Shown here: positions 49,336 through 59,077 of the stretch, one piece after another
Layout: every line of letters starts with the position of its first letter
How positions within the stretch are numbered: the first letter of the stretch is position 1
Assembly (NCBI GenBank): GCA_036563785.1
Contig: DATCLR010000120.1
Span: 4,998 to 68,997 of the forward strand
Source of the DNA: Burkholderiales bacterium
GTDB taxonomy: Bacteria; Pseudomonadota; Gammaproteobacteria; Acidiferrobacterales; Sulfurifustaceae
Direction of reading: 5' to 3'
Length of the DNA: 64,000 bases
Made by a program: the position numbers and the translations under genes
Notes under the pieces: model-generated
Databases searched by the model: none
Told to the model about the DNA's origin: nothing
The model's input: the letters and a program-made list of their open reading frames with translations, nothing else

Positions 49336-50858
49336 TAGAAAGACGCGATCGCTTTGCCGGTCGAGCCCGAGCCTTTCCAGCCGCCGAAGGGCTGATAGCC
49401 GGGCCAGGCGCCGGTGGTTGCGCCCTGCGGCCGGTTGGCATAGGTAACACCCGCCTCGATGTTCTCGTGGAACCACGGGATTTCGTCGGGTGCCCCGTAG
49501 AAGCCGGCCGTGAGCCCGAGCTCGGTGTCGTTCGCGAGCCGCATCGCCTCCTCGCGGTCGCGGACGCGATGCAGCATGAGAATCGGCACGAACATTTCGT
49601 GCTTCCAGAGGCGATGATCGAGCGGCGCTTCCGCGAGCACGGGCTCGACGAAGTAGCCGCGCGCGAGATCGCCGTCGCGTAGCTGCCGGCCGCCGACGAT
49701 CAAGCGCGCGCCGCCGTTCTTGAGCTCGTCCACGTAGCGCGCGTAGTTGGCGTACGCGTTCTCGGTCGCGACCGGCCCGAGCCAGTATTCGCGCTTCGTG
49801 GGGTCGCCGATTCGAATCGCCGCGATCTGCTGCTTGAGGCGCTCGATGAGATCGTCGGCGACCTTCTCCTCGACGTAGAGCCGCGAGAGGGCGGAGCACT
49901 TCTGCCCGGTCATGCCGTACGCGGAGCGAACGATGCCGGCGGCCGCATGATCGAGATTGGCGCGCGCCGTCACGATGCACGGGTTCTTCCCGCCCATTTC
50001 GGCGATGCAGGGTCTCGGCCACGGTCCGCTCACCATCTGCTGCAGGATGTGGCGTCCCACGGCGGCGGAGCCGGTGAAGGTGACGCCGGCGGTGAGCGGA
50101 TGCGTCACCAGCGCCTGGCCGATCTCGGCATCTGCGCCGGACAGGTAGTTGAAAACCCCGGGCGGGAGTCCCGCGTCGCGGATGCAGTCGGCGAGGAGGC
50201 GGCCGGCCCAAGGCGTCTCGATCGAACCCTTGACGACCACGGTGTTGCCGGTGGTGAGCGCGGCCGCGACCGGGCCCGCGGCGAGCGCCAGCGGATAGTT
50301 GAACGGGGCGATCACCACCCAGACGCCGTACGGGCGCATGACGCTTCGGTTGCGCGAGACGGTGCCCGGGAGCGGATCGTTCGGCAGCACGTGGTCGTAG
50401 CCGCCATGCTGCTCGAGGTCGTCCGGATATATTCGAAAGAATTCAACGCTTTCCTGGGCTTCTCCGAGACCTTCCATGCGGTTCTTGCCGACCTCGAGCG
50501 AGAGAGCGGCACCGATCTCGTACACGCGCTCTTCGAGCAGGTCGGCGACGCGGCGCACGAGCCGGGCACGCTCGGCAGCCGGCAGCGCCCGCCAGGCCGG
50601 GAAGGCCGCGTGCGCGGCGCGCATGGCCGCGTCGACGTGGCTTTGCTCTGGCAGCGCGAATTCCCCGAGGATGCGCTCGCGATCGATGGGGGTGGCGCGG
50701 GGCACGTAGGTGCTTGCCGGAACATCCTCGCCGTTGATGTAGAGATCGTGCCGGCGGCCGAGCTTTGCGGAGACGAGGTTTGCGAGCGCCTCGTCGAAGC
50801 GTTCGTGCATCGCTTCGGGCGGGTTGAACATCGTCGCGTACGTGAGTTTGAAGCTCAT
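49287..50858 (-). CDS. NAD(P)-dependent aldehyde dehydrogenase family protein
   Basis: 523 aa. Catalytic Glu context EMGGKNPCIV and Cys context GQKCSALSRLYV. Confidence 0.85.
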   Translation of the reverse strand: MSFKLTYATMFNPPEAMHERFDEALANLVSAKLGRRHDLYINGEDVPASTYVPRATPIDRERILGEFALPEQSHVDAAMRAAHAAFPAWRALPAAERARLVRRVADLLEERVYEIGAALSLEVGKNRMEGLGEAQESVEFFRIYPDDLEQHGGYDHVLPNDPLPGTVSRNRSVMRPYGVWVVIAPFNYPLALAAGPVAAALTTGNTVVVKGSIETPWAGRLLADCIRDAGLPPGVFNYLSGADAEIGQALVTHPLTAGVTFTGSAAVGRHILQQMVSGPWPRPCIAEMGGKNPCIVTARANLDHAAAGIVRSAYGMTGQKCSALSRLYVEEKVADDLIERLKQQIAAIRIGDPTKREYWLGPVATENAYANYARYVDELKNGGARLIVGGRQLRDGDLARGYFVEPVLAEAPLDHRLWKHEMFVPILMLHRVRDREEAMRLANDTELGLTAGFYGAPDEIPWFHENIEAGVTYANRPQGATTGAWPGYQPFGGWKGSGSTGKAIASFYYLAQYMREQSRTVVE

Positions 50859-50876
50859 GATCCTCTCCGAAGTCGT

Positions 50877-52253
50877 TTATCGGACGGGAAAAAATTCTCC
50901 GAGGAGCCGATCGAGCAGAGACAGCGCATCGGCGAGCTCATGTTCCTCTATGACGAGAGGCGGCGCCAGGATGATCAGGTTGCCGCGGGTGGCGAACGAG
51001 ACGCCTTCGCGCATCGCCGCATCGACCAGGGCTTTGAGGCGGGGAGGGGTTTGCGGCCAGGGAGCCAGGGGCTCGCGCGTGGTCCGGTCGGCGACGAGCT
51101 CGAGCACGGCGAAGAGGCCGTGGCCGCCGCGGACGTCGCCGATGACGGGATGGCGGACCGCCATAGCGTCGAGCTCCGCCTTCAGGCGCGGGCCGAGTGC
51201 GCGCGAACGCTCGATCAGCTTCTCCTCCTCGTACGCGGCGAGTGCGGCGAGGCCGGCTGCACAGGAAAGGGGGTGCCCGCAGTACGTGAGGCCCGTGTAG
51301 AGCATCTGGTGCTCGAGCCGCGCGGCGAGCTCGGGCGAGAGCACGACCGCTCCGAGCGGGAGCGCCGCTCCGGTGAGTCCTTTGGCGAGCGTCATGGCGT
51401 CGGGCCGGCCGGCGTCGCCGTAGCGCTGCCACGCGAACCACTCGCCGCAGCGGCCGAAGGCGCTCATGACTTCGTCCGCGATCAGAGGCACGCCGCGCTC
51501 GGCGGTGTAGCGGCGAAGGAGCGGCCAGTAGGTGTCTGGCGGGACGATGCCGTTCGTCCCGGCGTTCGGCTCCATCAGCACCGCGGCCACGTTCTCCGGG
51601 CCGAGCCGGTCGATGCGCTCGGCCACGGCCTGCGCGGCGCGCTCGCCGCATTCGGCGTCGCTCGCCGAGCCGAACGGGCAGCGGTACGCATACGGCGGCG
51701 GGACGTGGCTCACGGCGAGCGCATCGGGATCGACCTGCGTGCGCGTGCGCGCGTCGCCCGAGAGCGCCATCGCGAGATAGGTCGCGCCGTGATACGAGCG
51801 GTCGCGCGCGACGACGACGCCGCGCGGCTTGCCGGTCGCCTGACGCACGATCTTGACGGCGTGCTCGTTCGCGTCCGCGCCGCCCAGCGTGAAGAACACG
51901 CGCCCGCCCTCGAACCCCGAGAGCGCGAGCAGGCGCTCGGCGAGCGCGGCGCGCGGCGCGGCGCCCCAGGCGTTCGTGACGAAGCAGAGCTTTTCCGCTT
52001 GCGCACGGATCGCGGCGACGACCCGCGGGTGCTGGTGCCCGAGGTTGCTGCACTCGGAGAGGCTGCTCATGTCGAGGACGGTGCGGCCGTCCTCGAGGTG
52101 CAGGCGAGCGCCCTTGCCGCCGACCACCGTCGGCGCGTTCCATTCGGACTGCACGCACCAGCTGTGGAGGACGACGTCGCGCTCGCGGGCGGCGGGAATC
52201 ATCGGCAGTAACGCAAAGCGATGTACGGCGGCGGCATCGTACGAGGCGCGCAT
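50877..52253 (-). CDS. Class III (omega) aminotransferase
   Basis: GGADANEHAVK, DEVMSAFGRCGEWFA and PLP-lysine TLAKGLTGA. The start is either ATG 52253 or ATG 52202. Confidence 0.85.
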   Translation of the reverse strand: MRASYDAAAVHRFALLPMIPAARERDVVLHSWCVQSEWNAPTVVGGKGARLHLEDGRTVLDMSSLSECSNLGHQHPRVVAAIRAQAEKLCFVTNAWGAAPRAALAERLLALSGFEGGRVFFTLGGADANEHAVKIVRQATGKPRGVVVARDRSYHGATYLAMALSGDARTRTQVDPDALAVSHVPPPYAYRCPFGSASDAECGERAAQAVAERIDRLGPENVAAVLMEPNAGTNGIVPPDTYWPLLRRYTAERGVPLIADEVMSAFGRCGEWFAWQRYGDAGRPDAMTLAKGLTGAALPLGAVVLSPELAARLEHQMLYTGLTYCGHPLSCAAGLAALAAYEEEKLIERSRALGPRLKAELDAMAVRHPVIGDVRGGHGLFAVLELVADRTTREPLAPWPQTPPRLKALVDAAMREGVSFATRGNLIILAPPLVIEEHELADALSLLDRLLGEFFPVR

Positions 52254-52300
52254 CGGCCCGTCAAACCGGACGCGCGCCGGTCCGGAAATGGCGGCCGGCG

Positions 52301-53512
52301 CTATTCGTGCCGCAGCGCCTCGATCGGATCGAGGCGCGCCGCCTTGCGCGCCGGGAAGTAGCCGAAGACGACGCCGACCGCGGCGGAGAAAAGGAACGCG
52401 AGCGCGATGATGCCGACATTGAGCACGAACGGCACCTGCAGCACCCGGGCGAGGACCGCGGAGCTCGCGAGCGCGAGCACGATGCCGACGACGCCGCCGA
52501 AGGAGGAGAGCACGACGGCTTCGACCAGGAACTGCAGCAGCACCTCGCGCTCGAGAGCGCCGATCGCGAGGCGGATGCCGATCTCGCGCGTGCGCTCGGT
52601 GACGGACACGAGCATGATGTTCATGATGCCGATGCCGCCGACCACGAGGCTCACCGCGGCGACCGCGCTGAGGAGCAGCGTCAGCACCTGCGTCGTGCCG
52701 CTCAGCGTCTGCGCGATCTGGCGCGTATCGATGATCGAGAAGTCGTTCTGCTCGTGCGGCGCGACCCGGCGGCGCTCGCGCAGGAGCTGCTCGATCTCGC
52801 GCTGCGCCTTGTCGATCAGGGCGGCATCGCGCACCGAGACCTGGATGCTGCGGATGTCCTGGTTGCCCGCGATGCGGCGCTGGAACGTACGCAGCGGGAT
52901 CACGATCGTGTCGTCCTGGTCGCGCCCGAAGCCGGCCTGGCCTTTCGGCTCCAGCAGGCCGATCACTTCGCACGCGAAGTTGCGCAGGCGCACGCGGGTT
53001 CCCAGGGGATCCTGCGTGCCGTAGAGCTCGCGGCGCACCGTGGCGCCGATGACGCACACGGCCGCGCCGGCGCGCAGCTCGCTCTCCGTGAACGTGCGGC
53101 CGCTCGCGAGCGTCCAGTTGCCGACGGTGAAGTATTCGTTGGTCGATCCGGCGACGAGCGTGGACCAGCTGCGGTTGCCGTACACGGCGGTGAGGGTGGA
53201 CGAGGCCACCGGCGCGACCGCCTGTAGCGATCCGATCTCGCGCTCGAGCGCCTGCGCGTCCTGCAGACGAAACGGCGCGACGTTGAGCGAGCGGCCGGGG
53301 CCCGGCTGCCCGGGCACGATCATGAGCAGGTTGCTCCCGAGGCTCGAGATCTGCTGCGTGACCTGCGCGGTTGCGCCGCTCCCGAGCGTGACCATGATGA
53401 TGACCGCGGCGACGCCGATGATCACGCCGAGGGTCGTGAGAAAGGAGCGCATGGCGTTGCGCCGGATCGAGCGCAGCGCGAGGAGCAGGGCGTTCCAGAG
53501 CATCAGCGGCAT
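52301..53512 (-). CDS. ABC transporter permease, FtsX/MacB type
   Basis: 403 aa. N-terminal TM, large periplasmic domain and C-terminal FtsX 3-TM bundle ([11 protein letters not shown]). Confidence 0.85.
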   Translation of the reverse strand: MPLMLWNALLLALRSIRRNAMRSFLTTLGVIIGVAAVIIMVTLGSGATAQVTQQISSLGSNLLMIVPGQPGPGRSLNVAPFRLQDAQALEREIGSLQAVAPVASSTLTAVYGNRSWSTLVAGSTNEYFTVGNWTLASGRTFTESELRAGAAVCVIGATVRRELYGTQDPLGTRVRLRNFACEVIGLLEPKGQAGFGRDQDDTIVIPLRTFQRRIAGNQDIRSIQVSVRDAALIDKAQREIEQLLRERRRVAPHEQNDFSIIDTRQIAQTLSGTTQVLTLLLSAVAAVSLVVGGIGIMNIMLVSVTERTREIGIRLAIGALEREVLLQFLVEAVVLSSFGGVVGIVLALASSAVLARVLQVPFVLNVGIIALAFLFSAAVGVVFGYFPARKAARLDPIEALRHE

Positions 53513-53525
53513 CGGCGGCCCCCGC

Positions 53526-54263
53526 TCAGGCGCGCCCGCGCGCAGTCTGCGGCGTGCGGCGTTCGTCCGAGGCGACGCGGCCGTCGACGAAGCGCACGAT
53601 ACGCTGCGCGTACTCCGCCATGTCCGGCTCGTGCGTCACCATGAGGATGGTGATGCCGCGCTCGCGGTTGAACTTCGTGAGCAGCTCCATGATCTCGTGG
53701 CTGCGCGCCGTGTCGAGGTTGCCGGTCGGCTCGTCGGCGAGGAGCACTTCGGGCTCCGTGACGACGGCGCGCGCGATCGCGACGCGCTGCTGCTGCCCGC
53801 CCGAGAGCTCGCCGGGCGTGTGGTCTTCCCAGCCCGCGAGGCCGACCGCCGCGAGCGCGCGCCGCGCGCGCTCGCGGCGGACCGCGGCGCTCTCGCCGCG
53901 GTAGAGCAGGGGCAGCTCCACGTTCTCGAGCGCCGAGGTGCGGTTGAGCAGATTGAATCCCTGGAACACGAAGCCGAGGTAGTGGCGGCGAAGCAGCGCG
54001 CGCTGATTGCGGTCCAGGCGGCCGACGTCGACGCCCTGGAACAGGTACGTCCCGCTCGTGGGCGTGTCGAGGCACCCGAGAATGTTCATGCAGGTGCTCT
54101 TGCCGGAGCCGCTCGGGCCCATGATCGCAACGAACTCGCCGGCATCGATGCGCAGATCGACGCCGCGCAGCGCGTGCATCGCGGCGGTGCCGCTTCCGTA
54201 GACCTTCGTAACGCCGCGCAGCTCGATCAGCGGCACGGCGGCCGTCGGCGCGGACGCGCTCAT
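53526..54263 (-). CDS. ABC transporter ATP-binding protein (MacB/LolD type)
   Basis: Walker [10 protein letters not shown], signature [14 protein letters not shown], Walker [12 protein letters not shown]. Confidence 0.9.
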   Translation of the reverse strand: MSASAPTAAVPLIELRGVTKVYGSGTAAMHALRGVDLRIDAGEFVAIMGPSGSGKSTCMNILGCLDTPTSGTYLFQGVDVGRLDRNQRALLRRHYLGFVFQGFNLLNRTSALENVELPLLYRGESAAVRRERARRALAAVGLAGWEDHTPGELSGGQQQRVAIARAVVTEPEVLLADEPTGNLDTARSHEIMELLTKFNRERGITILMVTHEPDMAEYAQRIVRFVDGRVASDERRTPQTARGRA

Positions 54264-55555
54264 CGCTTGACCGCGATCGCGTCCGTGATCACCGGCGTGC
54301 CGGGCTGGAGCGGTCCCGAGCGTACCTCGGTCATGACGCCGTCGGTGGCGCCGATCGTGATCGCGACCGGCTGCGGGACGCCGTTCTGCAGCACCCAGAC
54401 CCGCGGTGTCCCCCCGCGTGCGTTCGCATCGGGCGGGCGCGATGGCGCACGGCGCGGCATGCGGAAGAGCTGCGCGACCAGCCCGCCGCCCGAGGAGCGC
54501 GACTGCGCGGCGGGCGCGGGCGGCGTGAAGCGCAGCGCCGCGTTCGGCACGAGCAGCACGTCCCGCACTTCCTTGACCGTGATAACGGCCGTTGCCGTCA
54601 TGCCGGGCCGCAGGGAGAGGTCGGCGTTATCGACGGTGAGGATCGCCTTGTAGGTGACCACGCCTTCGACGGTTTCGGAGCCGTAGCGCACGGTCCTGAT
54701 CTGCGCGGGATAGGTCCGGCCGGGGTAGGCGTCGACCGTGAAGGTCGCCGGCTGCCCGGGCTGCACGCTCCCGACGTCCGCCTCGTCCACGTCGACCTGC
54801 AGCTCCATCTGCGAGAGGTCTTCGGCGATCGTGAAGAGCACCGGCGCCTGGAACGTGGCGGCGACCGTCTGGCCCGGCTCGACCGATCGCTTGAGCACCA
54901 CGCCGTTGATGGGCGAACGGATCACGGCCTTGGCGAGGTCGGTGCGCGTGGCGTTGATCGTGGCCCGCGCCTGCGCGACCTGGGCGCGGGCGCTCGCCTC
55001 GTTCGCGCGCGCCCGATCCAGCGCGGCCTGCGCGGCGTCGAGCTCGTGCTGCGCCGGCACCTTTCCGCCGCTCAGCTCCTGCACGCGCTTGAGCCGCGCG
55101 AGCTGCGCCTGCGCCTCCTGGACGCTCGCCTGCGCCTGCATCACGTTGGCTTCGGCCGTGGCGAGCGCCGCCTGCGCCTGCTGCAGCTGTGCCTCGAGCC
55201 GCGTGGTGTCGAGGCGCGCGAGCACCTGGCCGGCTTTCACCTTGTCGTTGTAGTCGACCTCGACGGTGCGGATCGTTCCCGAGATCTCGGTGCCGACCTC
55301 GACCTGATTGGTCGGCTGGAGGTTGCCGGTCGCCGTCACGGTCACGGTGAGATCGCCGCGGCGCACGGGCTGCGTTTCGTATCGCCAGGTCTCGCGCGAG
55401 CGGGTGAGCCACCAGGCGCCGAGCAGCGCGAGCAGCAGGAGCGCGATCCCGCCCCAAAGCAGCCAGCGCCGCATTCGCGGCGAGAGGCGCGACGTGCGCC
55501 CGGCGCCGAGCACCTCGGCGATGTCTTTTTTTTGTTCCTGAGTGAGGTCGTTCAT
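54260..55555 (-). CDS. Periplasmic adaptor (HlyD/MacA-type membrane fusion protein)
   Basis: ATG at 55555 inside listed ORF ..56878. TM anchor, long coiled coil (LEAQLQQAQAALATAEANV...) and beta-barrel domains. Confidence 0.85.
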   Translation of the reverse strand: MNDLTQEQKKDIAEVLGAGRTSRLSPRMRRWLLWGGIALLLLALLGAWWLTRSRETWRYETQPVRRGDLTVTVTATGNLQPTNQVEVGTEISGTIRTVEVDYNDKVKAGQVLARLDTTRLEAQLQQAQAALATAEANVMQAQASVQEAQAQLARLKRVQELSGGKVPAQHELDAAQAALDRARANEASARAQVAQARATINATRTDLAKAVIRSPINGVVLKRSVEPGQTVAATFQAPVLFTIAEDLSQMELQVDVDEADVGSVQPGQPATFTVDAYPGRTYPAQIRTVRYGSETVEGVVTYKAILTVDNADLSLRPGMTATAVITVKEVRDVLLVPNAALRFTPPAPAAQSRSSGGGLVAQLFRMPRRAPSRPPDANARGGTPRVWVLQNGVPQPVAITIGATDGVMTEVRSGPLQPGTPVITDAIAVKR

Positions 55556-56997
55556 GACGCGGATTCCACGGCGGCCGGTGCGGCGGCGGGCAGCTCGGGC
55601 GTCCAGCCGCCACCGAGCGCCTTGTAGAGGCGGATCAGGTTCGACGTTGCCTCGGCGCGGCTCACGGCCTGCTGATCCTGGAGCGAGAGGAGCGCGCGCT
55701 GCGACTCGAGCAGCGCCTGAAAATCGATGAGGCCCGCGGCGTACTGCTGGCTCGCGAGATCGAACGCGCGCTGCGCCGCGTCCGCGGCCGCCTGGAGTGC
55801 GGCGAGCCGTTCCTGCTCCTCGGCATAGGCGATGAGCGCGTTCTCGACGTCGTTGAGCGCGGTGCGCACCGCGGCTTCGTATCGTATGAGTGCCTGCTCC
55901 TGCAGCGCGTTCTCGATCTCGACGTTCTGACGCAGCCGGCCGAAGTCGAACAGCGTCCAGCGGCCGCTCGCCGCGAGCTGCGTCGTGCGTGCGGCGTTGC
56001 CGAAGAAGTTCGAGAGCGCGAGCGCCTCCAGGCCGATGCTTCCGAGCAGGCTGAAGCTCGGATAGCGCGCCGCCTCGGCGACGCCGACCCGCGCGGTTTG
56101 CGCGGCGAGCAGGCGCTCGGCGCGGCGCACGTCGGGACGGCGGCGCAGCGTGTCCGCCGGTACGCCGAGCGACACCTCGAGCGGCGCGAGCGGCACGGGC
56201 CGCGGCTCCGCGAGGAGCGACGCGAGCGCGCCCGGATTCTCGCCGATGAGCACCGCGAGCCGGTTCTTCGCCTGCTCGAGGGCGGAGCGCAGCTGCGGTA
56301 TTTGGGCGCGCGTCTGCTCGAGACTGAACCGCGCCTGCTCGAGATCGAGTTCGGTGGTGAGCCCCGCCTCGAGGCGCCAGCGAACGATCTCGTAGGTTTC
56401 CGTCTGCGCGGCGAGATTGGCTTCGGCGATCGCGAGCCGCGTCTGGAACGCGCGCACTTCCGTATAGTTGAGCGCGACCTCCGAGACGAGCGTCACGAGC
56501 ACGTCGCGCAGATCCTCCTCGGCGGCTTCGAGGCTGGCCTCGGCCGCCTCGAGCGCACGGCGGCGGCCGCCGAACACGTCGAGCTCCCAGCTCGCGTCGA
56601 AGTCGAGCGAGTACAAGTCGCCCGCGCCGCCGGGGCGATCGCCGCTGCGGATCTGCACGGCCGAGGCGCCGGCCGAGAGCGTCGGAAAGCGGTCTGCGCC
56701 CGCAATCGCGCGACGCGCACGCGCCTCGCGCACGCGCGCCGCGGCTTCGCGCACGGTGGTGCTTCCCGCCGCCGCACGCGCGACGAGATCGGAGAGCACC
56801 GGATCGTCGAAGAGAGTCCACCAGCGGGCGAGCGCGGCATCGTCGGTGGCAGGTGCACGCGGAACGGTCCGGTTCCATCGGGCGGGGACATCGAGCTCGG
56901 GTTCCACGTAGTCCGGACCGACGGTGACGCAGCCCGCGAGCAGGCTCATCGCCAGGGCCAGGCCGAGGCGGCGGCGAAGGTGGGGCGCGTGCTGCAT
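55552..56997 (-). CDS. Outer-membrane efflux lipoprotein, NodT family
   Basis: Lipobox LLAGC followed by GPDY. 481 aa. ATGA overlap with the adaptor gene. Confidence 0.85.
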   Translation of the reverse strand: MQHAPHLRRRLGLALAMSLLAGCVTVGPDYVEPELDVPARWNRTVPRAPATDDAALARWWTLFDDPVLSDLVARAAAGSTTVREAAARVREARARRAIAGADRFPTLSAGASAVQIRSGDRPGGAGDLYSLDFDASWELDVFGGRRRALEAAEASLEAAEEDLRDVLVTLVSEVALNYTEVRAFQTRLAIAEANLAAQTETYEIVRWRLEAGLTTELDLEQARFSLEQTRAQIPQLRSALEQAKNRLAVLIGENPGALASLLAEPRPVPLAPLEVSLGVPADTLRRRPDVRRAERLLAAQTARVGVAEAARYPSFSLLGSIGLEALALSNFFGNAARTTQLAASGRWTLFDFGRLRQNVEIENALQEQALIRYEAAVRTALNDVENALIAYAEEQERLAALQAAADAAQRAFDLASQQYAAGLIDFQALLESQRALLSLQDQQAVSRAEATSNLIRLYKALGGGWTPELPAAAPAAVESAS

Positions 56998-57172
56998 TCG
57001 TTGATAACTAGGGCGGGTCGGGCTCCGTTGAACGGGCGCAAGGGTAGCACGGCAGCGCGAGCGGGTTGCAGATCGTTCCGGCGCGGCGGGCTCCTCGCAT
57101 TGCCCGCACTAACGCGCGGGGCGCGGGAGCGGTTGACGGATCGACGACGGGCGGTGCGCGCGGGTAGATTGC

Positions 57173-58210
57173 ATGCGCATGCGAGAGATCGACGGTTCCT
57201 ACGGCGAAGGCGGCGGGCAGCTGCTGCGCCTGGCGTGCGCGCTCGGCGCGATCACGGGCGAAGCGGTGCGGGTGCGGAACGTCCGGGCGCGCCGGCGGCC
57301 GCCCGGGCTCGCCGCACAGCATGCGGCGGCGGTGCGGGCGGTGGCGCTGCTTTGCGGCGGGGAAGTGGAGGGCGCCGAGGTCGGATCGGCCGATGTGATC
57401 TTCCGGCCGGGCGCGCGCCGCGGCGGCGAGTTCACGATAGACGTCGGCACCGCGGGCAGCGTCATGCTCGTGCTGCAGGCGCTCCTGCCGCTCGCGGTCA
57501 CCGCGCCCGCGCCGACGGAGCTGCGGCTCATCGGCGGCACCGACATTCGCGCCGCACCGCCCGCCGATTACGTCCGCTTCGTGCTGCTGCCGCTCCTCAC
57601 GGCGATGGGCGCACGGGTGGAGCTCGCGCTCGTGCGGCGCGGCTATTATCCGCGCGGCGCCGGCGAGGTCGTGGTGCGGGTGCAGCCGGGGCCGTTGTCG
57701 GCGCTCGTGCGCGAAGCCGCCGGGAAGCCGGAGCGCATCGAGGGCGCGGTGCACACGGCGCATCTCCCCGCTCACGTCGCGGAGCGCATGGAGCGGCGAG
57801 CGGTCGAGTTGCTGCGCGATGTCGCGCCGGTGCGGCTGACGCGACAGGAGGTCGATGCCGGCTTGGCATTCGGCCCGGGCGGCGGCATCGCCCTCTGGAC
57901 GGCGGGCGCGCCGTCGCTGCTCGGCGCCGCCGAGGTGGCGCAGCGCGGCGTTCCGGCCGAGCAGATCGCCGAGACCGCCGCATGCACGCTGCGGGGCGAT
58001 CTGGAGGCGGGCGCCACGCTCGACATCCACGCCTCCGATCAGGTACTGATTTACGCGAGCCTCGCGCGCGGGCGATCCTGCTTCATCGCGCGGGCGCTCA
58101 CCTCGCACGCGGCCACGGCGTTGTGGCTGCTGCAGCAGTTCCTGCCGCTCGACGTGCGCACGGCGCCGGCGGGAAACGGCATACGCGTCGAGATCGAGCC
58201 GCGTGCGTAA
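57173..58210 (+). CDS. rtcA: RNA 3'-terminal phosphate cyclase
   Basis: IDGSYGEGGGQLLR N-terminus, and an RRPPGLAAQH motif carrying the candidate adenylylated His. 345 aa. Confidence 0.85.
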   Translation: MRMREIDGSYGEGGGQLLRLACALGAITGEAVRVRNVRARRRPPGLAAQHAAAVRAVALLCGGEVEGAEVGSADVIFRPGARRGGEFTIDVGTAGSVMLVLQALLPLAVTAPAPTELRLIGGTDIRAAPPADYVRFVLLPLLTAMGARVELALVRRGYYPRGAGEVVVRVQPGPLSALVREAAGKPERIEGAVHTAHLPAHVAERMERRAVELLRDVAPVRLTRQEVDAGLAFGPGGGIALWTAGAPSLLGAAEVAQRGVPAEQIAETAACTLRGDLEAGATLDIHASDQVLIYASLARGRSCFIARALTSHAATALWLLQQFLPLDVRTAPAGNGIRVEIEPRA

Positions 58211-58254
58211 TGAACCGGCACCGGCACCCGGTGTACGTCACTGCCTAAGGAGGA

Positions 58255-58938
58255 ATGAGCATGTCGAGAGCGCAGGCAGCCGGAGACGGTCGAGGCACCT
58301 ACGCGCGCCCCTCGCCCGAGGAACGGCGGCGCATGATCGCGGAAGCGGCTTATTACAAGGCGCTCAACCGCGGCTTCCAGGGCGGTGATCCGGTCGAGGA
58401 CTGGCTGGCCGCCGAGCGTGAGATCGACGCGATGTTCCCGAATCCCGAGCAGCAGCGCGAGGAAGCAGACCTCTACGAGAAGCTGCGCGCTGCGCTCAAG
58501 GACCTGCTCGCCGAAGCGCAGGCCGTGAACGCGGACACGCTGCGTCAGGCGTTCGAGCGGGCGACGGCCGACCTCAAGCGCACCGGACGCTACACGGCGG
58601 AGACGATCGCCAAGGTGGCCGCGTCGCTGCGCAAGGACATTGCGAGCACGGCGGTGAAGCTCGGACCGCGCTGGGAGGATCTGTCGCGCCGCGGCGGCGA
58701 TCTGTTCGAGGTGTGGCGCGACCGCGGCGCGATATTTCTGTCGCAGGCGGCGACGGCGGTCGGCGAATGGCTGCGGCAGACGGGCACCCGATTCGGCCAG
58801 CAGACCTACCGCGCGGGCGAGATGGTGTACAAGGGCGCGTTCGAGTGTACCGCGTGCGGCGAGCGCCTGACGTTGCCGGAATCCGCGCACCTGCCGCCGT
58901 GCCCGCGCTGCCAGGCGCTCGAGTACCGGCGTCACTGA
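58255..58938 (+). CDS. DUF2934-motif protein with C-terminal CxxC...CxxC zinc ribbon
   Basis: EERRRMIAEAAYYKALNRGFQGGDPVEDWLAAEREI has 29 of 36 residues identical to the ORF at 34811..35086. C-terminus is FECTACGERLTL...PPCPRCQALEY. Confidence 0.55.
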   Translation: MSMSRAQAAGDGRGTYARPSPEERRRMIAEAAYYKALNRGFQGGDPVEDWLAAEREIDAMFPNPEQQREEADLYEKLRAALKDLLAEAQAVNADTLRQAFERATADLKRTGRYTAETIAKVAASLRKDIASTAVKLGPRWEDLSRRGGDLFEVWRDRGAIFLSQAATAVGEWLRQTGTRFGQQTYRAGEMVYKGAFECTACGERLTLPESAHLPPCPRCQALEYRRH

Positions 58939-59077
58939 CCGGCGCTCGATCTCTCCGTCGAGACTCGGGCGCGAGCACGGTGCGGGTTTCCTTCCACCGG
59001 TCGGCGCGCCGCGTTCCGCGCGGCGTGCAGCTGCGCCGGCGCGCAGCGGACCGACTCGCGGCGTTCTGGGAGATGGT

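Noticed and set aside
56998-57172. FNR-like or sigma54 elements upstream of rtcA / the efflux operon (TTGATAACTAGGGC, TTGAACGGGCGCAA, TTGACGGATCGACG)
   Set aside because: Each has three or more mismatches in the second half-site, and no GG-N10-GC sigma54 pattern was evident.
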